Positions 1-7,792 of a DNA stretch of 32,000 nucleotides are shown here, in pieces. This DNA comes from Candidatus Profftella armatura (GTDB lineage: Bacteria > Pseudomonadota > Gammaproteobacteria > Burkholderiales > Burkholderiaceae), in assembly GCF_000441555.1 (NCBI RefSeq), contig NC_021885.1, forward strand, positions 360,001 to 392,000, read 5' to 3'. A program made the position numbers and the translations under genes. The first letter of the stretch is position 1, and every line of letters starts with the position of its first letter. The notes below the pieces were generated by a model. That model did no database searches. It saw only the letters and a list, made by a program, of their open reading frames with translations, and had not been told where the DNA came from.

Positions 1-168
1 ATTTTCTACTAAATTTAGTTTATTTATAAATTAATTTATATTTGTATATGAATATTTTTAATAAATAAAATTTTTATATAATTTTTTATATAATATATAT
101 TTTTAGTAGAAATGCCATAATTTTTACAAAATTAAATATAATTGATATAAAAATTTTTTTTATTCAAT

Positions 169-573
169 TTATCGTTTCGAAAATTGTCTTGCTCTACGAG
201 CTTTTCTTAATCCAACTTTTTTTCTTTCTACCTCACGAGAATCTCTGATAACAAAACCAGCTTTCGATAAAGATGATTTTAAATTTAAATCATAATTGAT
301 TAATGCCCTTGTAATACCATGTCTTACTGCTCCATATTGTCCAGATTCCCCTCCTCCTCGAACATTTATTTTAATATCAAAAGTTTTGGTATGTTTTGTT
401 AATTTTAATGGTTGAGAAATTACCATTAAACCAGTTTTTCTTGAAAAATATTTATCTGCCGGAATTCTATTTATAGTCATTTTACCTGATCCAATTTTTA
501 TAAAAACACGAGCTATAGCGCTTTTACGACGACCTGTTCCATATTTATAATAACCACTATTAATTATATTCAT
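169..573 (-). CDS. rpsI: 30S ribosomal protein S9
   Basis: 134-aa ORF. The translation matches S9 along its whole length ([37 protein letters not shown]-terminal [19 protein letters not shown]). It lies directly downstream of rplM, as in the conserved rplM-rpsI operon. Confidence 0.97.
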   Translation of the reverse strand: MNIINSGYYKYGTGRRKSAIARVFIKIGSGKMTINRIPADKYFSRKTGLMVISQPLKLTKHTKTFDIKINVRGGGESGQYGAVRHGITRALINYDLNLKSSLSKAGFVIRDSREVERKKVGLRKARRARQFSKR

Positions 574-576
574 TTT

Positions 577-1008
577 TTAAAAATCCAATAATTTAGGTTT
601 TTGAGCGAAATGAGGGTGATTAGAATCACTATATATTTTAAGTTTTTTAAACATGGAATAACCCAATGGACCTTTTGGTAACATACCTTTAACTGCTTTT
701 TGGAGTACACGACCAGGAAAATCTTCTTGCATTTTTAAAAAATTAATTTTACGAATCCCTCCAGGATACCCTGTATGATGATAATATATTTTTTTAATTT
801 CTTTTTTTCCTGTTACACATAATTTGCTTGTATTTATAACTATTATAAAATCACCTGTATCAATATGAGGCGTATATTCTGTTTTATGTTTCCCTCTTAA
901 ATAAACTGCTATTTTGCTAGCAACACGTCCTAAGATTTTATTTTTAGCATCTATTAAAAACCACATTCTATTAATTTTATAGTTTTTTGCAGAGAAAGTT
1001 TTTTGCAT
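577..1008 (-). CDS. rplM: 50S ribosomal protein L13
   Basis: 143-aa ORF with L13 hallmarks ([49 protein letters not shown]). Its TAA stop lies 3 nt from the rpsI start. Confidence 0.97.
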   Translation of the reverse strand: MQKTFSAKNYKINRMWFLIDAKNKILGRVASKIAVYLRGKHKTEYTPHIDTGDFIIVINTSKLCVTGKKEIKKIYYHHTGYPGGIRKINFLKMQEDFPGRVLQKAVKGMLPKGPLGYSMFKKLKIYSDSNHPHFAQKPKLLDF

Positions 1009-1651
1009 TATTATTATAAATAAGTATAAATTTTTTATTATTAAAAAAAAGTTTTTTAAAAAAATTTTGTATTAATATTAATAAAACTTACCGTTAAAGT
1101 ATATTAATATTATAAAAGATTTTTCTAAAAATAGAATAAAATATTTAATTTAACCATAAAGAAAATTCTATAGAATTAGAATACATATATAAGTATAATC
1201 TTGTATGTTTTTAATAAACACAAATTATAGTCATCTAATAATAAAATAAATAATTACCAATAAAAAAATAGACAGAAAATAGTAAGACAAATAAAAAATT
1301 ATAATTTCTAATATCCTAGAGGTGAGAAATTTAATTATTTGAAAAATTTTCAATATATCTCTAAAAACGAATTAAAAACTATTTTTTAAAAAAACAAAAA
1401 ATAAAAAATAATGAAAAATATTTATAAAAATTTAATTTGAATTTTATCGCTAAGTATACATTAAAATATAATTTATTATAAAATACTATTAAATTATCAT
1501 TCGAAAAAATTTTTTATTATATTTTATCTTTTAAAATAGAAAAAAATAAAAATTATTGATAATTTTATATTCTAGATAATGATTCTATAATCTAAGATAA
1601 TTATAAACCTAAATTAAATAAAATTTTATAATCATATTAATACAAAAAATT

Positions 1652-3427
1652 GTGAATAAAAAAATAAAAAATTCTTCTGTTTCATTAGAAAGTAATAATT
1701 TTATAAAAAATATTATTAAAAAAGATATTATTAAAAAAACTTTTAATAATAGATATGATAAATATGGCAATAAATTACCACAAGTAATAACACGTTTTGC
1801 ACCAGAACCAAATGGGTATTTACATATTGGACACGCTAAATCAATTTTTATTAATTTTGAACTTGCTTATAAATATAATGGTTTATGTAATTTACGATTT
1901 GATGATACAAATCCATTAAAAGAAAATAAAGAATATGTTAATTCTATCATTAAAACAATTAAATGGTTAAATTTTAATTGGGACAAAGTAAAAAAACGAA
2001 TTTATTATGCTAGTGATTATTTTGATATATTATATAAAATAGCTGAATATTTAATTATTTCTGGAGATGCTTACGTAGATAGCCAAAATACCGAAGAAAT
2101 ATATATTAATCGCGGAAACTTACATGAGCCTGGTCGTAATTCTCCATTTTATAATCGATTACCCTCTGAGTCATTAAATTTATTTAGAAGAATGAGATCC
2201 GGAGAATTTAAAGATGGTGCGCATGTTTTAAGAGTAAAAATAAATATGAAATCAAAAAATATTAATATGCGTGATCCTATTATTTATCGTATTCGACATG
2301 TAAATCACTACAGAACTAATAACAATTGGTGTATTTATCCAATGTATGATTATGCGCATCCAATTTCAGATGCAATTGAAAACATAACTCACTCAATTTG
2401 TACATTAGAATTTCAAGATCATCGACCTTTTTATGAATGGATATTAAATAAAATTGATAAAACTAATTTTATTAAAAGACCTTTTCCAAAACAGTATGAA
2501 TTTTCCAGATTAAATTTAACTCACACAATTACTAGTAAACGTAAATTATTAAAATTATTAGAAAAAAAAATTGTTGATGGGTGGGATGACCCCAGAATGC
2601 CAACTTTAATCGGTATGCGTCGTAGAGGTTATACACCAGAATCAATTAAATTATTTTGTAAACGTATTGGTGTTTCCAAATCCGATAGCTGGATTAATAT
2701 AGAAATATTAGAACAAGCATTACGAGATGATTTAAATATTAAAGCACCAAGAATTATGGCAGTATTAAATCCAATTAAATTAATCATTAGTAATTTTTTA
2801 GATAATCAAGAAATTGAATGCACTGCCCCATTATTTTCGCGTCAACATACTCAATATAAAGAAAAATTAAGATATTTTCCAATCTCAAAGATTTTATGGA
2901 TTGAAAGAGATGACTTTATGGAAATTCCAACTAAAAAATATTTTCGTTTATATCCCCCTATCGGTAAAAATTCTGGTAATCGTGTAAGATTACGTTACGG
3001 TTATGTTGTTGAATGTACTGGATTTAAAAAAAATAAAAATAATGAGGTTGTTGAAGTATATTGTAAATATTTTCCGGATAGCAAAAGTGGAACTAAATTA
3101 TCATCAAATTATAAAGTAAAAGGAAATATTCATTGGATTAGTAAATCTCACGCATTATCTATTGAGGCTCGTTTATATGATAGACTTTTTATAGACCCTT
3201 ACCCAAATATAGTAAATAATAAAGATTTTAAATTATTAATTAATCCAAATTCAAAAAAAGTAATCTCAGCTTACTTAGAACCAAATTTAAAACTTATTTT
3301 TCCTAAAAAACATGCACAATTTGAACGTCATGGATATTTTATATTAGATGATATTGATTCAAATAATAATAAAATAATTTTTAATCAATCAGTTGAACTA
3401 AAAAATAAATGGAAAAAAATGATGTAG
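1652..3427 (+). CDS. glnS: glutamine--tRNA ligase (GlnRS)
   Basis: 591-aa ORF starting with GTG at 1652. It has the class I HIGH motif (PEPNGYLHIGHAKS), CNLRFDDTNP, WCIYPMYDYAHPISDA, TLEFQDHRPFYEW and a TSKRK (KMSKS-type) loop. It is colinear with E. coli GlnRS as I recall it. Confidence 0.97.
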   Translation: MNKKIKNSSVSLESNNFIKNIIKKDIIKKTFNNRYDKYGNKLPQVITRFAPEPNGYLHIGHAKSIFINFELAYKYNGLCNLRFDDTNPLKENKEYVNSIIKTIKWLNFNWDKVKKRIYYASDYFDILYKIAEYLIISGDAYVDSQNTEEIYINRGNLHEPGRNSPFYNRLPSESLNLFRRMRSGEFKDGAHVLRVKINMKSKNINMRDPIIYRIRHVNHYRTNNNWCIYPMYDYAHPISDAIENITHSICTLEFQDHRPFYEWILNKIDKTNFIKRPFPKQYEFSRLNLTHTITSKRKLLKLLEKKIVDGWDDPRMPTLIGMRRRGYTPESIKLFCKRIGVSKSDSWINIEILEQALRDDLNIKAPRIMAVLNPIKLIISNFLDNQEIECTAPLFSRQHTQYKEKLRYFPISKILWIERDDFMEIPTKKYFRLYPPIGKNSGNRVRLRYGYVVECTGFKKNKNNEVVEVYCKYFPDSKSGTKLSSNYKVKGNIHWISKSHALSIEARLYDRLFIDPYPNIVNNKDFKLLINPNSKKVISAYLEPNLKLIFPKKHAQFERHGYFILDDIDSNNNKIIFNQSVELKNKWKKMM

Positions 3428-3443
3428 ATTTTTTGTAAATCGG

Positions 3444-3517
<74 letters not shown>

Positions 3518-3529
3518 TCATTTGAAAAA

Positions 3530-3558
3530 ATTTTAACTTATATATATAAAATATGCAA
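3530..3558 (-). promoter_or_regulatory. candidate sigma70-type promoter for tRNA-fMet (TTGCAT-N17-TAAAAT)
   Basis: On the minus strand the -35 TTGCAT is at 3558..3553, followed by a 17-nt spacer and the -10 TAAAAT at 3535..3530. The -10 ends 12 nt upstream of the mature tRNA 5' end. Such hexamers arise easily in AT-rich DNA, so support is modest. Confidence 0.35.
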
Positions 3559-3774
3559 ATTTTAATTTTGAAAAATTTTTTATTAAGAAATAAATTAAAG
3601 TTAAATTATATGAATTATATGATTTATAATTTAAATGATTTATAGTATAATATTATACTAATAACTTATTACTGAGTTTATCTTATTACTAAATTTATAC
3701 TTATTAAATTTTATTGATATTTAAAACATTAGATTAGATTTATTTCTTATAACTTTTATAATTTAAATATTTTT

Positions 3775-4416
3775 GTGTCATTTTCACATATTGATAATAT
3801 AGAAAATTTATTGCCACAAACACAATGCACTAAATGTGGATATCCAGGGTGCCGACAATACGCAGAAGCAATCGCTAATAAAAAAGCAAATTATAATCAA
3901 TGCCCCACTGGAGGGCGTAAAGGAATTATTAAATTAGCTAAATACTTAAATAAACCAATAATTCCATTGAATACTATATACGGAAATGAGAAATCACGAT
4001 GCTGTGCTATTATTAAAGAAAATAAATGCATTGGATGTACATTATGTATACAGTCTTGTCCAGTAGATGCTATTATTGGGGCAGCTAAACATATGCATAC
4101 TATTTTTTCGAAATTATGTACAGGGTGCGATCTTTGTATTAAAAAATGTCCAGTCAATTGCATATCTATGATTGAAGTTACCCCTTGTCGAACAGGATGG
4201 GATGCTTGGTCTCAAAAAAAAGCTGATGATGCACGTAAAAGATATTACCTTCGTAAAAAACGTTTATTTCATGAAAAAAAAGAAAATTATGCAAAATTAA
4301 AAAAGGCAACTATACAATTTAAAAAAAATAATAGAGAAACTCAAAAATCTTTAATTGAAATGGCTGTTAAAAGAATAAAAGAATTAAAAAATAAAGAAAA
4401 TAAAAAAATTAAATAA
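3775..4416 (+). CDS. rnfB: RnfB/RsxB-like ferredoxin (Fe-S cluster domain plus 2x[4Fe-4S] dicluster domain), with no Rnf partner genes nearby
   Basis: 213-aa ORF starting with GTG at 3775. It has an N-terminal [22 protein letters not shown]...QCPTGG cluster motif followed by two CxxCxxCxxxCP ferredoxin motifs ([24 protein letters not shown]). It is colinear with the soluble part of E. coli RsxB as I recall it and has a Lys-rich C-terminal tail. No membrane anchor and no rnfACDGE genes are nearby. Confidence 0.8.
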   Translation: MSFSHIDNIENLLPQTQCTKCGYPGCRQYAEAIANKKANYNQCPTGGRKGIIKLAKYLNKPIIPLNTIYGNEKSRCCAIIKENKCIGCTLCIQSCPVDAIIGAAKHMHTIFSKLCTGCDLCIKKCPVNCISMIEVTPCRTGWDAWSQKKADDARKRYYLRKKRLFHEKKENYAKLKKATIQFKKNNRETQKSLIEMAVKRIKELKNKENKKIK

Positions 4417-4421
4417 TAATT

Positions 4422-4598
4422 ATGAATCAAAAACGTATTATCATTTTAAATAGACTTAAGAAATAATCCGAATTTAACAAGTAATCCGAATTTAACTACG
4501 AAATTTGTATATAAAACTTCATTTTAATATTAATAAAAATTATTTTATCTGAAAATACTGATTTTTGTAAATTAGGAAAAAAGTTTAAAATTATGTAA
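4422..4598 (+). pseudogene. nth: endonuclease III (nth) relic, frameshifted and 3'-truncated
   Basis: Three consecutive frame segments read MNQKRIIILNRLKK*, NPNLTSNPNLTTKFVYKTSF* and FILILIKIILSENTDFCKLGKKFKIM*. Together they track the E. coli Nth N-terminus (MNKAKRLEILTRLRENNPHPTTELNFSSPFELLIAVLLSAQATDVSVNKATAKLY, from memory). Only about 270 bp separate rnfB from the next gene, against about 630 bp for an intact nth. The position after an rnfB homologue matches the E. coli rsx-nth operon order. Confidence 0.6.
4464..4496 (+). repeat. 18-bp-period tandem duplication (TAATCCGAATTTAAC x2) inside the nth relic
   Basis: An exact 15-mer occurs at 4464-4478 and again at 4482-4496, separated by 3 nt. 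In the relic frame this duplicates six codons (NPNLTS / NPNLTT). Confidence 0.9.
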
Positions 4599-4686
4599 AC
4601 CATATCCGTGATAAAAATATGAAAATAAATTTAAAATATAAGCAATCTAAAGTAAAATTTGCGCAAAATATAAATGAGGTTATTAT

Positions 4687-4860
4687 TTGAATACTATTAT
4701 AGAAATTCATAATAAAAATTTGCCAATATTTTGTCCAAATAAAGATATGATTCTTTGGTCTTCTCATCCTAGAATATTTCTTTTTATAGATAAAAATGGA
4801 TATGCGAAATGCCCATACTGTAATACTAAATATAAATTAAATTCTAATAAAAAAGGATAA
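4687..4860 (+). CDS. small zinc-finger protein, zf-CHCC type (NDUFS6 C-terminal-like)
   Basis: 57-codon ORF below the track cutoff. TTG at 4687 is the first possible start after an in-frame TGA, and a GAGG Shine-Dalgarno lies at 4676-4679. The translation [40 protein letters not shown] fits the C...HP(R/K)(V/I)(F/Y)...D...CPYCG..Y pattern of zf-CHCC domains. Confidence 0.6.
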   Translation: MNTIIEIHNKNLPIFCPNKDMILWSSHPRIFLFIDKNGYAKCPYCNTKYKLNSNKKG

Positions 4861-4864
4861 TATT

Positions 4865-5041
4865 ATGGCTGTTCAAAAAAGTAAAAAAACTCCTTCAAAA
4901 AGAGGTATGCGTCGTTCTCATAGTTTTTTATCTGAACCTCCTATTTCAATAGACATTAAAACTGGTGAAAAACATTTATATCATCACATTAGCCCTAAAG
5001 GATTTTATAAGGGGAGAAAAATTTTAAAAAATAAATTATAA
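4865..5041 (+). CDS. rpmF: 50S ribosomal protein L32
   Basis: 58-aa ORF below the track cutoff: [58 protein letters not shown]. The L32 signature is the N-terminal MAVQ(K/Q)xKxxxSxRxMRRSH and the HHISPxGxYKGR segment. An AAGGA Shine-Dalgarno lies 7 nt upstream. Confidence 0.93.
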   Translation: MAVQKSKKTPSKRGMRRSHSFLSEPPISIDIKTGEKHLYHHISPKGFYKGRKILKNKL

Positions 5042-5048
5042 ATAATGA

Positions 5049-5088
5049 TACTTTTTATATAATAAAATAAAAGCATTTATAAAAAGTA
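5049..5088. terminator. AT-rich hairpin between convergent rpmF and the helicase gene (possible bidirectional terminator)
   Basis: Perfect 11-bp inverted repeat TACTTTTTATA (5049-5059) / TATAAAAAGTA (5078-5088) with an 18-nt loop. It sits between two convergent stop codons. The stem has only one G-C pair, so stability and function are doubtful. Confidence 0.25.
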
Positions 5089-5138
5089 CCCAAATTAAAA
5101 TAAAAATAATTTTTAAAATAAATTAATTATTTATAAAA

Positions 5139-6497
5139 TTAATAATTAATACTATTTTTTCTGGAAGCAGATATACTTGTTTTTTTAATTTGTCTATAAA
5201 AACGTTTAGTAATATTGCTTTTATTAATATTATGTGTTTTCCAATTATTATTAAAACGATAACGAGAATAATAAGTTCTAATCCTTTTTTTTGGCTCAAA
5301 TCCATTAATTACTTCAATTGGAATTTGTTGTTTTGTAAATCTTTCAATTTTTTTAATGTTCATTCTTTCAGCGTGATTTACTAATGATACAGCAAATCCA
5401 TTACGTCCTGCGCGACCAGTTCGACCAATACGATGAACATAATCTTCTGGAAATTTTGGTAAATCATAATTAAATACATGTGTTATTGCAGGAACATCAA
5501 TTCCTCTAGCGGCAACATCAGTGGCAACTAAAATTTTAATTCTACCCCTTCTAAGATTTTCTAAGGTACGATTTCGTGCATTTTGATGCAAATCTCCGTG
5601 CAATGGGGCAGCTAAAAATCCAGAAATATTGAGACGATCTGCAATAATATCAGCGTCACGCTTAGTAGCAGTAAAAACAACGGCTTGACCAACTCTTTTA
5701 TCGCGTAATAAATAATCTAGTAAACGATTTTTATGTAAAATATCATCAACAAATAAAATGCTCTGTATAATATTTTTTTGTTTTTTTTCAATGCTATTTA
5801 CTTTTAAAATTAATGGATCTTTAGTAATATTTTCAGCCATGTTACCAACAATACCATCAAGTGTAGCAGAAAATAACATAGTTTGTCGTGTTACTGGTGT
5901 AGCATCAACAATTTTTTCAATATCATTAATAAATCCCATATCAAGCATACGATCCGCTTCATCTAAAACTAAAATTTGAAGATGAGAAAAATTTATTTTT
6001 CCAGAATTCATATGATCTATTAAACGACCAGGTGTTGCTAATAAAATTTCAGGATTCCTAGAAAGTAATTGCATTTGTCTTGAATATGGCATTCCACCTA
6101 GAATTGAAATTGCTTTAATTTTTTTCATATATAAACCATATCTTTCAGTAGCTGCAGTTACTTGTAATGCAAGTTCTCGAGTTGGAGTTAATACTAACAT
6201 CCTTGGTTGGGCAGGTTTAAAACGCAATCGTTCTTTATGAGTATAAATTTTATTATTATTTTGATTTAAATTTTTTTTCATAACAGGTATTTTATTTTTA
6301 GAAGATGCAAATTTGTGTAATGCTGGCAACATAAATGCTGCAGTTTTTCCAGAACCTGTTTGCGATGACACTATTAAATCTCTACCAGAAATGGCAGCCG
6401 GAATTGCTTGTTCTTGTACTCCTGTAGGTTTAGTATAACCAACTTTAACAAGAGCTTTAAGAACTAACTCATGCAAACCAATGGATTTAAAATTCAT
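5139..6497 (-). CDS. rhlE: DEAD-box ATP-dependent RNA helicase (RhlE-like)
   Basis: 452-aa ORF with a complete motif set: Q-motif (GYTKPTGVQEQAIP), motif I SQTGSGKTAAF, PTRELA, VLDEADRMLDMGF, SAT, and HRIGRTGRAG. It has a basic C-terminal tail. The RhlE assignment is by overall resemblance only. Confidence 0.9.
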   Translation of the reverse strand: MNFKSIGLHELVLKALVKVGYTKPTGVQEQAIPAAISGRDLIVSSQTGSGKTAAFMLPALHKFASSKNKIPVMKKNLNQNNNKIYTHKERLRFKPAQPRMLVLTPTRELALQVTAATERYGLYMKKIKAISILGGMPYSRQMQLLSRNPEILLATPGRLIDHMNSGKINFSHLQILVLDEADRMLDMGFINDIEKIVDATPVTRQTMLFSATLDGIVGNMAENITKDPLILKVNSIEKKQKNIIQSILFVDDILHKNRLLDYLLRDKRVGQAVVFTATKRDADIIADRLNISGFLAAPLHGDLHQNARNRTLENLRRGRIKILVATDVAARGIDVPAITHVFNYDLPKFPEDYVHRIGRTGRAGRNGFAVSLVNHAERMNIKKIERFTKQQIPIEVINGFEPKKRIRTYYSRYRFNNNWKTHNINKSNITKRFYRQIKKTSISASRKNSINY

Positions 6498-6699
6498 ATA
6501 TTCTTTCTTTAGAAATCATTATTTCTTTTATTTTTATAATTACTTTTTATTAAACTTTATAAATACATATTATATATTTTAAAATATATAATTAATTTAA
6601 ATTTTTATGATAAAATTAATTTTGTATTTTTGGGTATTTAATTTTTTTGAAAAGTATAAAAGTATTTTTCGTAATTTTTAAGATGTTATAAAATGTTAT

Positions 6700-6745
6700 A
6701 TTAATCACATATAATATATGTGATTAATCACATATGGTATATGTG
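6700..6745. promoter_or_regulatory. two tandem 23-bp palindromic units (operator-like) in the helicase/erpA divergent spacer
   Basis: Unit 1 at 6700-6722 is ATTAATCACATATAATATATGTG. Unit 2 at 6723-6745 is ATTAATCACATATGGTATATGTG (21/23 identical). Together they create a perfect 27-bp palindrome at 6701-6727, a perfect 20-bp palindrome ATATGTGATT|AATCACATAT at 6716-6735, and CACATAT-N3-ATATGTG at 6729-6745. The array lies 67-112 bp upstream of the erpA ATG. Confidence 0.5.
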
Positions 6746-6779
6746 TATTTTAATGGTTAATATAGTTTTTAGCAATATA

Positions 6780-6803
6780 TTAAATAAGGAATTAAATAAG
6801 GAA
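6780..6803 (+). repeat. 12-bp tandem duplication (TTAAATAAGGAA x2) carrying the erpA Shine-Dalgarno
   Basis: Exact copies lie at 6780-6791 and 6792-6803, followed by a partial third copy (TTAA). Each copy contains AAGGA. The proximal AAGGA (6798-6802) sits 9 nt before the ATG at 6812. Confidence 0.9.
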
Positions 6804-6811
6804 TTAATTAT

Positions 6812-7168
6812 ATGAATGAAAATGTAAAAAATAATATTTCTATTACCCTTACTGAAGTCGCTATAAAAAAAGTTAGTCATTTAATTAAAAAAAAAGGTAA
6901 TTTAAATTTAAAGTTACGAGTATTTATTCAAGGAGGTGGTTGTTCTGGATTTCAATATGGATTTATGTTTGATGAACACACAAATAAAGATGATATAATT
7001 TTTAAAAAAAATGGAATTCAATTGTTAATTGATTCAGTAAGTTATCAATATTTAATAGGATCTGAAATAGATTATAAAGATGATTTAGATGGATCTAAAT
7101 TTGTAATTAAAAATCCAAATGCAGTAACTACTTGTGGCTGTGGATCATCTTTTTCTACATATAAATAG
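6812..7168 (+). CDS. erpA: iron-sulfur cluster insertion protein ErpA (A-type carrier)
   Basis: 118-aa ORF of the HesB/IscA family: [17 protein letters not shown] in the core and the C-terminal CGCGSSF cysteine motif. Length and sequence resemble ErpA. Confidence 0.9.
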   Translation: MNENVKNNISITLTEVAIKKVSHLIKKKGNLNLKLRVFIQGGGCSGFQYGFMFDEHTNKDDIIFKKNGIQLLIDSVSYQYLIGSEIDYKDDLDGSKFVIKNPNAVTTCGCGSSFSTYK

Positions 7169-7209
7169 TAAAAATTTAAAAATAAAATTATAAAATGTTA
7201 TTTTTATAA

Positions 7210-7764
7210 TTATATTTTAATAAAATGTTTTCTATAATACTTTAATTCTTCAACTGATTCCAATATATCAGTTAATGCTGTATGAGCTTGTTTTTTTTTA
7301 AAACCAGATACTAATTCTGGTTTCCACCTTATACACAATTCCTTCAATGTAGATACATCTAAATTGCGATAATGAAAAAAAGATTCTAATTTTGGCATAT
7401 TATGAGCCATAAAACGACGATCTTGACAAATAGTATTTCCTGACATTGGTGATTTACCATATGGTACATATTTCTTAAGAAAATTAATTAATTCAAATTC
7501 TGCCTCTGATTCTGTAATCGTTGACTTTTTAACTCGTTCAATTAACCCAGAACGTTTATGTATTCCTTTATTCCAATTATCCATATTATTCATAATAGAT
7601 TCAGATTGATGAATTACATAAACTGGAGCTTGAGCTAATATATTAAGCTGCGAATCAGTTACTAAAACAGCAATTTCTATTATACGATCCTTATTTGGAT
7701 GTAATCCAGTCATTTCCATATCAACCCATATTAAATTAAGCGCATTATATTGAAAATTATTCAT
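7210..7764 (-). CDS. orn: oligoribonuclease
   Basis: 184-aa ORF with DEDDh exonuclease motifs ([39 protein letters not shown]). It is colinear with E. coli Orn. Confidence 0.95.
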   Translation of the reverse strand: MNNFQYNALNLIWVDMEMTGLHPNKDRIIEIAVLVTDSQLNILAQAPVYVIHQSESIMNNMDNWNKGIHKRSGLIERVKKSTITESEAEFELINFLKKYVPYGKSPMSGNTICQDRRFMAHNMPKLESFFHYRNLDVSTLKELCIRWKPELVSGFKKKQAHTALTDILESVEELKYYRKHFIKI

Positions 7765-7792
7765 TATTATAATACTAATTAATTATAAATAA

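Noticed and set aside
3-112. An 11-bp inverted repeat TTTCTACTAAA (3-13) / TTTAGTAGAAA (102-112) downstream of rpsI
   Set aside because: The arms are short and separated by 88 bp at the window edge. This is compatible with chance, and no terminator-like geometry is present.
3601-3700. An 18-bp perfect palindrome TAGTATAATATTATACTA (3643-3660), tandem ATTATATGA x2 and three CTTATTA(CT) direct repeats upstream of the rnfB-like gene
   Set aside because: These are almost pure A/T. With an effectively two-letter alphabet, 9-bp arms and short direct repeats are expected by chance several times in the intergenic DNA of this window. They may simply contain the promoter -10 (TATAAT on both strands).
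3897-4163. 88-aa ORF antisense to the RnfB-like ferredoxin gene
   Set aside because: It lies entirely inside a well-supported CDS on the other strand, has no recognisable motifs, and is typical of a shadow ORF.
5123-5384. 60-aa (minus) and 64-aa (plus) ORFs at the 3' end of the helicase gene
   Set aside because: Both overlap the helicase CDS in other frames or on the other strand. They have low-complexity I/L/K/F composition and no SD or conservation signal.
5758-5979. 73-aa ORF antisense to the helicase gene
   Set aside because: It is a shadow ORF inside a confidently assigned DEAD-box CDS.
6700-6745. Assigning the erpA-upstream palindromes to a known regulator (CRP, NrdR, Zur, Fur, IscR)
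   Set aside because: TGTGA-N4-TCACA has the wrong spacing for CRP, which needs N6. The CACA...TGTG dyads are 17 bp long with 11 nt between the inner C and G, whereas the 16-bp NrdR box has 8. The upstream TGTTATA repeats are direct, not inverted as in Zur boxes. I see no match to the Fur or IscR consensus.
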